From positions 42,374-106,373 of IMG/VR virus record IMGVR_UViG_3300028591_000010: DNA of 64,000 nt. One strand, written 5' to 3'. This document shows, piece by piece, positions 29,408-38,632 of the stretch. Each line of letters begins with the position of its first letter. The first letter of the stretch is position 1. Below the pieces are notes generated by a model that saw only the letters and a program-made list of their open reading frames with translations, did not search any database and had not been told where the DNA came from. A program made the position numbers and the translations under genes. Source of the stretch: a virus (lineage: Duplodnaviria; Caudoviricetes).

Positions 29408-29516
29408 GGGTACGGGGGTAGTTTCCATTTGCCTATCGGTGGGGGAGGCGTTATGTTGCTGTTTCTCATCTTTACACCCACAAAACAAAAAAAAATAAAA
29501 AAAATTTAGGGAAGCC

Positions 29517-29741
29517 TTATTCAGACTTCCCTAATTCTCTCTCCATAACATCACTTGGTCCATGTATCCAAGATGTTATTGTTTTACAATTTTCCACCTC
29601 TTCAGCTATCTCTAATGCTTGCTGAGGTGTTACATCTATGTCTTCTATATCTACTTCAAATGTAGGTCTTGTTCCCGGTTCTGCTCCGTTATTTAGGATG
29701 CAGAAGGATAGCTTTATTCCGCTTTTCTTAGTCCTCTTCAT
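29517..29741 (-). CDS. Small hypothetical protein, end of the leftward late operon
   Basis: 74-aa ORF. Confidence 0.55.
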   Translation of the reverse strand: MKRTKKSGIKLSFCILNNGAEPGTRPTFEVDIEDIDVTPQQALEIAEEVENCKTITSWIHGPSDVMERELGKSE

Positions 29742-29946
29742 ACGCTCCCATAAGGAATATTGTTTCTCCGATACTATTTGTATTAACTGTTACCGATTTT
29801 ACTGGCTATATTGTACCATCTGGATGGTGTACATACACAACAGCATCCTTAGCTTTGTCTCTAAGTATATTTAAAGATGTTATGATCTAGTCTGCTGTCA
29901 TTCCGTCACCTTTATGGAGACCTTTAATTTTTACTTCATCTTCCAT
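29728..29946 (-). CDS. Small hypothetical protein (TAG read-through; start could be 30003 or 30027)
   Basis: MEDEVKIKGLHKGDGMTAD*IITSL...DGTI*PVKSV...; two in-frame TAG; fills the operon gap. Confidence 0.55.
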
Positions 29947-30033
29947 AACATTTTCCGTCTAACCCACAATGTGAATATTGCTCTCCCTCTGTCTCTAAGA
30001 CATCAGCCTCTATTGGCTCAAAATCATCCATAC

Positions 30034-30687
30034 TTACTTCTTCCTAATTATTATCTTAAACAACAGTTTTACGAATTCCCATATGAAATACAGGGGATTA
30101 GGCCTTGACTCTTTTGAGGAGTTCCCTGAAGTGGAATTTTCTTCCCCAGGAACCACAACTTCTCCTGATTCTACCACAGGTTGTTCCAAAACCACTTCTT
30201 CACTTTCTTCGACAGGTTCTTGTACTTCCTCTGGCTCTGGTTTTGCGAATTCATCTTCAGCTAATACGTTATTCCACCATTCTTTAACATTGAAACATGG
30301 GCACATCTTATGCCAGTCTTTAGGGTTAGGTCCCCATATATCCCTATGTCCTAGGATTTCAGCGTCTGGGTAGCGCGAGTGTAAGTCTTTTAATATGGAC
30401 GCTAGAGCTTGTTTTTGGGCATCCGTGCGATTATCTACAGCTCTTCCTTGCTTATCAACCCCTCCAATATAGCAGACATTGATTGAGGTGCTGTTGTATC
30501 CAGCTACTCCGTTTGAAGGTTTGTCTTCGGGCTGTAAAGGTACTATCTCTCCATCTGGCTTTATGATATAATGGTAACCTGGATTAGTCCATTTGTTGTG
30601 GTTTTTCCAGTATTTTTGTATCTCTGCAACTGTCTATGTCTGTGGACCTGCCGTGCAATGCACGAATATCCTTTTTATTTTCCTCAT
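30034..30687 (-). CDS. Endolysin: N-acetylmuramoyl-L-alanine amidase (Amidase_2/T7 lysozyme-like), one in-frame TAG
   Basis: MRKIKRIFVHCTAGPQT*TV...GYHYII...SINVCYIGG...ILGHRD...KMCPCF; TAG at 30636-30634. Confidence 0.92.
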
Positions 30688-30901
30688 CTTCAAAGAAATC
30701 TATTAATCCTTTACGTACTTTTTCGTTTTTTATGGGCTCTAATATATAATCCCAGCTACTTCCAAGCTTATGCCTATATATTATCTCCTGTTTGTCCTCT
30801 TCAGACAGCCCAAATTCGTCATTATCAGCACTAATTATGCTCACATAGACGTAGTTTTTAAGTTCATCCATTGACTTCTTCAATTGGTTCAACATATTCA
30901 T
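30584..30901 (-). CDS. Hypothetical protein (likely start ~30870); 3' end overlaps the amidase gene
   Basis: ORF fills the gap between 30864..31220 and the amidase. Confidence 0.5.
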   Translation of the reverse strand: MNMLNQLKKSMDELKNYVYVSIISADNDEFGLSEEDKQEIIYRHKLGSSWDYILEPIKNEKVRKGLIDFFEDEENKKDIRALHGRSTDIDSCRDTKILEKPQQMD

Positions 30902-31220
30902 CCATTACAGTCTCTTTTTCCTCATTCTCAACCTCAGCTTTAAGCTCTTCCATAGCCTTCTTTATCTCATCTTGAGTAGTATTCTGCATATGTGGCATCA
31001 ACTCTGGGTGTAAGAGGTATTGATTGAAGATATATGACTGTAAATTACGTATATAAGTATTATAAATACTTACTTTAGGGTCTTTAGGGTCTAATTCCTT
31101 CAGTTTTTCCTTATAAGAATCAATCTTTTGCTGTGCCGATTCTATCCTCATTTGCTCGACATCTCCTGCTTTACGGATAATTTCTCCGTCTATATCGTAT
31201 ATATTACTATCAGTCGTCAT
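30864..31220 (-). CDS. Hypothetical protein
   Basis: Intact 118-aa ORF. Confidence 0.7.
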   Translation of the reverse strand: MTTDSNIYDIDGEIIRKAGDVEQMRIESAQQKIDSYKEKLKELDPKDPKVSIYNTYIRNLQSYIFNQYLLHPELMPHMQNTTQDEIKKAMEELKAEVENEEKETVMDEYVEPIEEVNG

Positions 31221-31255
31221 AAAAGTGATTTTTTAGTCTATTTGCGGTGTCCCGC

Positions 31256-31756
31256 TTAATTTTCTCGTAAGCTTCTAACCAAGCCTGGTCTTCCAAGCAT
31301 TCTTTCAGCGTGGTATACATACTTCGTACATTCTATTTTTTGGGGGTCTCCATCTTCATTGATTGCTGTATGGTAGAATATCTAATCATTCTTCCAAGTG
31401 TTATACATGTTGAATGCCTATTTACGTTCATGTTTGCTTGAATATTGGTGTATACAGTTCAACATTCGTATAGCATCTACACAACCACATGCTTTTATAC
31501 AACAAATCTCATCAATGAAGGTTTCAACTCCTTCTTCTCCGTACTTGTCTTTTATAATTGAATATTCTGCTAGTGCCTATTGGAAATACTTGTTCTAAGC
31601 GTCATATTCAGGTTCAAGGCCTAGTATAAATGCACTGTTTATAGGGACTCCATGAATATAGAAATACTTACAATTATCTGTTACAGGCTATCCTATATCC
31701 TTCAAGCTTAAGAAATCTGAGTAAAATAGTATGGCATTCAGTTCTATATGATTCAT
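31256..31756 (-). CDS. Hypothetical protein hidden from the ORF track (5 in-frame TAG)
   Basis: MNHIELNAILFYSDFLSLKDIG*PVTDNCKYF...; 166 codons with no TAA/TGA; ATGA overlap with the upstream stop. Confidence 0.8.
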
Positions 31757-32172
31757 TTAGTTAACGTTTTGTATATACATTCCGTAACCCAGCCTAATAG
31801 ATAAGCAAGTAACTCATTACTATCGTCTTTAAAGACTTCTTCTCCGATTTTCGAATATATTCTCATACAAACATGTAGAGCTTCATGAGCACAAGTATTT
31901 ACTAAATCTACTCTTTTATCTATCCCTGCAATTTCATATGGATGATTATATTTGACTAATATTATAGCTCTATTAGTCTTTCGATCATAGCCAGATTGAG
32001 TAAAGCATATACAATCATCATCTTCAAAGTCTTTATCGTCTATAGTCTTATAACGTTTATTTATCTGTTCAATAGTTGTATGTTTATTAGCAACTACTAG
32101 ATCTACGTTATATACTGTAGGGTATACATCTATTATACTCTTCTTCTTAGTCTTACTATTTCTGTTAAGCAT
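31753..32172 (-). CDS. HExxH metallopeptidase-like protein
   Basis: CAHEALH...NELLAYLLGW. Confidence 0.7.
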   Translation of the reverse strand: MLNRNSKTKKKSIIDVYPTVYNVDLVVANKHTTIEQINKRYKTIDDKDFEDDDCICFTQSGYDRKTNRAIILVKYNHPYEIAGIDKRVDLVNTCAHEALHVCMRIYSKIGEEVFKDDSNELLAYLLGWVTECIYKTLTK

Positions 32173-32218
32173 TATATAATATATATTAGGGGGTTCTTAG
32201 GGGGAATTTTTGTCCTAT

Positions 32219-32298
32219 TAACGTAAAAACAGCCAAATCGGCTGCATTTTAAAAATTTTTATACTATTTTGCAACCACTTTAGTAAAAGTATACGTTA
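32219..32298. promoter_or_regulatory. Divergent ECF-type late promoters
   Basis: Plus strand: GCAACC(32271-76)-17 nt-CGTTA(32294-98). Minus strand: GCAGCC(32245-40)-16 nt-CGTTA(32223-19). Confidence 0.6.
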
Positions 32299-32328
32299 TG
32301 CCGGCGAAATTTGAGAAAAACAAATAGT

Positions 32329-32745
32329 ATGAGCAAGATTTTAAGAGTAATTGATCCGTTTTTTACAATGGATGTCGACGATACATTTACTCTGTCTGAC
32401 GACGGTAAGAGTTATGTAGCTGAGAGAAATGAGGAATTCCACACCGCTAAAGATGATGGTGATTTGAGTTCTACTTTTAGTTCTACGTTCACGCTGTCTC
32501 CAAAATGGGCACAGCATCTTATCGAAGAAGGTTATCTTGAGGAGGTTACTCCTACTGAGAAACCAAGCAAAGATTTTGTAAACGTATTTGATGAAATTGA
32601 TAAACTTATTGAGAAGTACAATGCAGAACTTGTTCAGCTTCCAAAGACAATGGCAGATACACCAGAATGTCTGAGAGTTGAGAAGACTACAGTACTTACA
32701 AACCTCTTGAAGGTTTTGAATTATCTTAAGTCATTGAGAAAATAA
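32329..32745 (+). CDS. Hypothetical protein, first gene of the rightward late operon
   Basis: ATG at 32329; TAATG coupling to the next gene. Confidence 0.75.
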   Translation: MSKILRVIDPFFTMDVDDTFTLSDDGKSYVAERNEEFHTAKDDGDLSSTFSSTFTLSPKWAQHLIEEGYLEEVTPTEKPSKDFVNVFDEIDKLIEKYNAELVQLPKTMADTPECLRVEKTTVLTNLLKVLNYLKSLRK

Positions 32746-33149
32746 TGGAAGATAAAGAGATTATCGACCAGTCGCAGCTCGCACAGGACGTAGCCGATAG
32801 AATTAAATATAGTTTCTTCGACTACTTCCTCGTCAAGCCGCTGGAACCGGTCAAAGTAAAGAAAGAGTTTAGTAAACCTGTCGATGCCAAGACAACTGTA
32901 GATGCAGATGGTATTGAAGCACAAGACTTCGAAAAGGTTGAGACAGAGGTTAAAGAAGTTGATTCTGATTATCGCAAGGGTGTTGTTATCAAGTGTCCAA
33001 CATATTACGGCGAAGAAGGTGCAAAGATGCACGCTAAAGTCGGCGATGTTGTGATATTCAGAGATGCTGCAGGTTTGAGATTCGATCTGGTTAAAGATAG
33101 CAGATTGCTCAGACTCTACGATATCTTAGGAATTGAAGAGACAGTGTGA
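32745..33149 (+). CDS. GroES-like co-chaperonin-fold protein
   Basis: DYFLVKP...KGVVIK...KVGDVVIF...LLRLYDILG pattern. Confidence 0.65.
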   Translation: MEDKEIIDQSQLAQDVADRIKYSFFDYFLVKPLEPVKVKKEFSKPVDAKTTVDADGIEAQDFEKVETEVKEVDSDYRKGVVIKCPTYYGEEGAKMHAKVGDVVIFRDAAGLRFDLVKDSRLLRLYDILGIEETV

Positions 33150-33361
33150 TAACAATTGAAGATGTAATCAAAGAAGTATCTAAAAGAACTGGAATAGACA
33201 AGGATATAGTTGCTACAATATGTAAACATCCATTCGAATGTACAGTAGAGACTATGAAAGATCCAGAAGCTAGTCAAGATATACTATTCAATCAGTTGTT
33301 CAAGTTCAAACTAAAGAGACGCTTCAAAGAAAACAAAACCCAAAAATATAGTTCAAGATGA
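33146..33361 (+). CDS. HU/IHF-like DNA-binding protein
   Basis: DVIKEVSKRTGIDKDIV...ILFNQLFKFKLK. Confidence 0.6.
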   Translation: MITIEDVIKEVSKRTGIDKDIVATICKHPFECTVETMKDPEASQDILFNQLFKFKLKRRFKENKTQKYSSR

Positions 33362-33711
33362 AGACGATGTACATTAGAGAGGGCAGTAATATGACAGTAG
33401 ACTTCGATACAAATGAAGTTAGTCATATCCCCTCAGCAAGAGAAGCTATTTAGCGTATTTATGTTGCTCCAGAGCCCATGCATGTTGTTTACCAGAGTGG
33501 TGATCGTAAAGAGGAAGCTGATGTCGAAAAAGACGATGTTATTGTGACATTCTACACTGATGAGTTCGATAAGCGAATGATTGTTGTAAAGAGTGCAGAG
33601 TGGACAGCTAACATTACAGCTTATGAGAAGCGCATGGAAGAAGTAAAATGGAAGCAAGCTGAACAATGTGCCGAACCGTGTTGTGATGAATGTAATTTGA
33701 AAGCGGCATAA
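33358..33711 (+). CDS. Hypothetical protein (one in-frame TAG), ends CNLKAA
   Basis: ATGA-coupled start at 33358, in frame with ORF 33478 across one TAG. Confidence 0.7.
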
Positions 33712-33731
33712 TCAGATAAAAATATAAAGTC

Positions 33732-34073
33732 ATGAAGAAAGAAACTAAAACTAAGAAAACAACGAAGAAGACTGTAAGCCCTAAGTTTATTGTAGATCTT
33801 ACTAAGGCAGAGAGTGCTACTGATGTATATGCTCAGTTTGCTCTTGCTAAGCAGGAAGCAGGTCTTCCTCTCTCTAACGAAGAGTTCAACGCTATAATGC
33901 TTATAGCAGGTGTTGTAGCTGTAGAAGCTCTTGGAGAGGCAATAAATAAGGTATCTAAGAGCATTGAGATTAAGAACGACGAGAAGCTGGTATTCGATGC
34001 TAAGGGTCACTTTACAGTTAAGAAACCTAATATTTTCCGTAGATTCTGGAATTGGATCACAAGGAAGAAGTGA
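33732..34073 (+). CDS. Hypothetical protein
   Basis: 113-aa ORF with a C-terminal amphipathic helix (FRRFWNWITRKK). Confidence 0.7.
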   Translation: MKKETKTKKTTKKTVSPKFIVDLTKAESATDVYAQFALAKQEAGLPLSNEEFNAIMLIAGVVAVEALGEAINKVSKSIEIKNDEKLVFDAKGHFTVKKPNIFRRFWNWITRKK

Positions 34074-34159
34074 TGATACAGCCGATACGTGGGAGGCTGA
34101 GATCCTGGTGGCCACTAGGACCCACGTGATACATAAGTTAAAGTTAAAATTAGTTGGTA

Positions 34160-34210
34160 GATCTACGATAGGTCCTTATCAAGAGCGAGGTTCGAATCCT
34201 CGGTAGATCG
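34160..34210 (+). ncRNA. Mini-tRNA element
   Basis: Perfect 7-bp GATCTAC/GTAGATC stem, CGAGG-TTCGAAT-CCTCG T-arm and a single internal hairpin. Confidence 0.7.
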
Positions 34211-34254
34211 CTCTAATATGAGTATATTAGGCATAATCATGTAAAATTTAAATT

Positions 34255-34306
34255 TTGGTGGTTTTGGAACAGTTTCGGCTGGGAGGTTCGATTCCTCCAC
34301 CAACCA
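34255..34306 (+). ncRNA. tRNA-like element ending ACCA, 1 nt before the suppressor tRNA
   Basis: GGAGG-TTCGATT-CCTCC T-arm; imperfect acceptor stem; CAG-TTTCGG-CTG hairpin. Confidence 0.55.
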
Positions 34307-34307
34307 C

Positions 34308-34382
34308 TGCTCCATGGTGTAATGGTAGCACGGGAGGCTCTAACCCTCCAGGCCCGGGTTCGATTCGATGGTGGGGCGACCA
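34308..34382 (+). tRNA. Amber suppressor tRNA (anticodon CTA), Gln-like body
   Basis: TGCTCCA/TGGGGCG acceptor with encoded ACCA; GGTGTAATGGTAGCAC D arm; GGAGG-CTCTAAC-CCTCC anticodon arm; irregular T-stem. Confidence 0.88.
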
Positions 34383-34408
34383 ATATAATTATAAAAGGTA
34401 TAAAGCAG

Positions 34409-34918
34409 ATGACTATTAATTTTAAGAAACTTTCAGATAAGGCTGTAACGCCTACACGTGCCACCAACAGTGGTGCAGGATACAATTTGACCGCTGCTGA
34501 AATCACAACTGAGATTAACGAGCGTGGTCAGCTGATATTAGTATATCACACAAAGATTGGTGTAGAGATTCCTGAGGGATATGAAGGAATTCTTCGTCCT
34601 ATGCCCGGTATTGTAACTAAGACGTTGCGTATGTGCGATGCTCCTAGTGTAATTACAGGCAATATCGACGACGAGCTTACTGTACACTTTGTGTCTACGA
34701 CAGATGTTGTACCTGCAGTATACAAGGAAGGCGAGCAGATTGCTCAGCTTGTACTCAACAAGATTGAAGACGTAGAGTTCGTTGAGATCGTTGAGCCTGT
34801 AACCGAAGATAGCGCAGCTACGGAAACTCAGAGTCCTTCAGAAGGTGAAGGCATGCCTACAAACTCTGAGCCCGCACCAGAGCCAGCGGCTGGGGAGAAC
34901 GCCCCTGAGCAGGCATAA
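34409..34918 (+). CDS. dUTPase-fold protein with degenerate catalytic motifs
   Basis: INFKKL..A..PTRA..GAGYNL...IGVEIPEGYEG...GEQIAQLV; motifs II, III and V are altered or missing. Confidence 0.75.
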   Translation: MTINFKKLSDKAVTPTRATNSGAGYNLTAAEITTEINERGQLILVYHTKIGVEIPEGYEGILRPMPGIVTKTLRMCDAPSVITGNIDDELTVHFVSTTDVVPAVYKEGEQIAQLVLNKIEDVEFVEIVEPVTEDSAATETQSPSEGEGMPTNSEPAPEPAAGENAPEQA

Positions 34919-35036
34919 TAATAACGTTATAAAAGCCTGGGTAACCGGCGTCTGAGATGGGGCAATGGTTACAACGGAAAGGGAGTCCAAAAGGGCTCCC
35001 TTGACCCGTATATATAAACATCAAAAGAGTGCTCTA

Positions 35037-36941
35037 ATGGAAAAGATTAATTTTAGATTTTTAAATTACAAACATTACGATACGTTTTTACGTGATCTGA
35101 ACGATAATGTTACGCTGGAGCGTCCATATGGTGCGATCAGGTAGGATGCTATCGTATTTATACAAGACAAACTTCGTATTTGGGCACGCGGTAAAGAATA
35201 TGTCTGTGATGGACAATATACTTCAAATATTGAAGGTAATACTTTAACCTTCAAAAATAATTCAGATGATGTAATCTTCACCCTTTCTTAGTCTGACGGG
35301 ACAATAACATTTACAGATTCTAACGGAAATGCCGTAACGGGTTCGTATGTACTGGATAAAACATTTTCAGATACTATTACTGATATAAGAAGATCTATAG
35401 AAACTAAATAGGAGAAACTTACAGCCAGATATCCTATATTTATAGATAATAATGTAATAGGAGCTAATATTGATGTAGAATTATATGTTATTGTAACTGA
35501 ATTACCAGACACATCTCTTGCAAATACAAATAAGATATATTTACATGAGATTCCCGATGGTAATGGTGGATTTAAATATAATCAATATAGAGTTAGAAAT
35601 GGACAATGGGTGCCTATAGGAGGTACACAACTAAACGTAGACTTATCCAGATATCTTAAATCTGAAACAGCTGCATTATTATATCAACCGATAGGCAATT
35701 ATTTAACATCTGTAGACCTTACTGGGTATGCAAAACTTACAGATATAGAAGATCTCCATATAAATAATTTTGTCCAGCTTGAATATCTTAGAGATAATTA
35801 CGCATTAAAATCGTGGGTTGAAGATACGTTTGTAAAGAAATCAAACGTGTACGATCCAGATTTATCATCTGGTTTAGGTGAAAGTACAAATTCTAACCCG
35901 TCATCGGGAGGAATAGTAATACCATCTGCCCCTACTGTAATAGTAGACAGTATTCTTGATGAAACTTCTTCAAATGCTATAGAGAATAGAGCTGTAACAA
36001 TAGCGTTACAGAATAGAGCTACAAAAGAAGACCTAAGAGAATACGCCAAAAAGACTGATTTGAATAGTAAAGCGGATACATCTGTTTTAGACAATTATGT
36101 AACAGCTACTAAACATCAGTAGGATATTGATACAAAACAAGACATTCTTACAGCAGGAAGAGGAATATCTATTATAAATAATGTAATAAGTTCTACTCTT
36201 GATACAAATATATATATTATTGTACAAGAACTTCCTGAAAGTGGAGACCCAAACAAAATATATTTGCTGGAAACCTACGACGACGGAACGCCTATTTATA
36301 CTGAATATAGGTGGGATGTAGATAGAGGTTGGATAGAGCAGAGACAGATTAATCCAGAAATAGACTTATCTGGCTATCTAACTAGATCCGATGCCGCTAC
36401 TACATATCAACCTGTAGGAGATTACGCTACTAGAACAGAAGTAAACAATGCTCATCAAGATATTGTTGACAACTATGCTACTAATGAAGAGTTAGAGACC
36501 GTAGACAATAGATTTAATGATTATTCGTCAAAAGACGATTTAGAATCATTAAGAGAAAATATAAATAACGCGTTCTAGAGAAAAGGAGATTATGCTATTG
36601 CTTCAGATGTAGCTACAGCATTTTTAATTTTACAATAGATCATTGATCAAAAATACGTCTTAAAGAAGGATGTATATATACCTCCTAAAGGTAAATGGAG
36701 TGCAGAAAGAGGCACTCCTATATCTATAGCTGGAGCTTCTGGTGGAGTTTCGTTAGGCGACGGAAGCAGTTTAATTACTCTTACCGAAAAAGAATATTAG
36801 CTTCTTGTAGAGAATGATATGATCGACGATTCTGTATATTATTTTACATACGAAGGAGAAATAAATTGGACATTCGGAGGTACGTTCCCGATCATCTTAG
36901 GTGGTGAAGGCATTGGTACACTCCCAATAACATTGACATAA
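35037..36941 (+). CDS. Tail/fibre-type structural protein (TAG read-through)
   Basis: One frame joins ORFs 35610 and 36264 across TAGs, from ATG 35037 to TAA 36939-41; DLSGY/DLTGY repeats. Confidence 0.75.
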
Positions 36942-36942
36942 T

Positions 36943-38436
36943 ATGAATTTAAATCATAATACAAATAAACAAACAGGTGATCAGCTTACGGCAGCCGAAT
37001 GGAACAATCTTGCTGCAGATGTAAACGAATTGGGTGCTGGCGGTGGTTCTAATAGCGGATCAGCAGCAGCCATCGATACAAATGGTGTAGTCTCTGTAAA
37101 CAGCAAAGGTAATACAACTATCTCTGCTACAAAGCATATTAATATCGAACCTGCTTACGTTGCTAATGGTGGCGAAGGAACATACGGAGACGTTCAGATT
37201 AAGCCAGGTGATGATATTACACTTGAATCGCATCATAGAGCTACTGATAAACGCGATGAGATCACAATTAAGACCTCTAATGGTCAGGATGGTGCTGCTA
37301 AAGCTCCTGTAAAACTGCAGGTAATTGCAGCAGATATGACTCTATCTTCTAAGGGTAAAACTGAAGATCCTAACGTAATGAACGTTAACGTTACCACTGG
37401 TAGTGGTAAAGGTTATCTAAAGGTTCGTGCACAAGCTATTGATCTCCGTTGTGAGGAACATGGTGGTATCGCTCTTCAGCCTAAAGGTAAAGACAGTCAG
37501 AACCACATGAACAAGATTAAGTTCGAACACGGTGGCGGTGATGGTCTTGAGTTTGGTACATTCAACACGGAGAAGACGTCCATCTTTACAGATGAATATC
37601 GCTTCAATAGAGAAGGTGTTTGGAAGATGGCTACACGTCAGACACAAGCTTCTGACAAAGCAGATGTTAATGATGATACTACTGCATTGAAGTATGTAAA
37701 GTAGGCTGATGATTTCTATGATGTAATCTCATTGACCGATGAGCAGTGTACCACTAAAGACATCATTAAGACTGCTTATGCAATGAACGGCGGCAAAGAT
37801 CGTCATACTAAGATTACTAATAAAGGTGCTATTGAGATTGCTACAAATTCTACATATACTGTAGTAATTGAACAAGATCCAATTGAAGAATCTTTTACTC
37901 CTGTATACGAAAATGAACCTGTAAATGGACCCCAAGAAGGTAGTGGCGGCAATACTGCAACGCCAATTGCATTGATCTCTACAAAGATAGCAGGACTTGC
38001 ATCAGTATCAGCTGGAGATGTATTTAATGAAGGTGATTTCGAAACACTCCCAACAGCAAGTACAATTTATACTAATGGCACACAGAATTTCTCATTTACA
38101 GAAGTAGCTGCTCCGGCTATTAAGATTGAGTCAGGTGGCGAACTGAAACTCGGCGGCATCCTTGACTTTGGTAGTTCATTCAACTTTGGTGAAACTGATA
38201 ATGGTATTGAATTCCAGTACAAGCTTACTAAGAAGAACGCTGAGAAGGACTGTGGTGTGCTGAAGGTAGTTGGTGTAAATAATCATGCTACTAACGATCT
38301 TACAGTAGAAGGAATAACGATCGCTCCAGGACAGTCTGCTACTATCGCACAATGCTCGGTACTTGATATTATCAAGCTTGTAAATTACATGAAGAATAAT
38401 AATCAAGGTCCCTGGACAGTACAATCAAATCCTTAA
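36943..38436 (+). CDS. Structural/tail protein (single TAG at 37702)
   Basis: ORFs 36943 and 37732 share a frame; N-terminal TGDQLTAAEWN motif. Confidence 0.8.
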
Positions 38437-38442
38437 TAAACT

Positions 38443-38631
38443 ATGATACACATAAACAATCATAATATAACTGGTGTTTATAGTGGACATAGAGATATTG
38501 TAAAAGTATTTAGCGGGCTTAAGCTCGTATGGAGTAAAGTAACAGAAATATTGAGTTGTTATTCTAATGGGTATTGGATTGATCAATACCCATGGATAGA
38601 CGATGCTTTCTGGAAAGACAATTTTAATTAA
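38443..38631 (+). CDS. Small structural-module protein
   Basis: 62-aa ORF tightly packed between neighbours. Confidence 0.65.
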   Translation: MIHINNHNITGVYSGHRDIVKVFSGLKLVWSKVTEILSCYSNGYWIDQYPWIDDAFWKDNFN

Positions 38632-38632
38632 T

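Noticed and set aside
34322-34408. N-terminal extension of the dUTPase-like ORF
   Set aside because: It overlaps the suppressor tRNA; ATG 34409 matches the start of the dUTPase fold.
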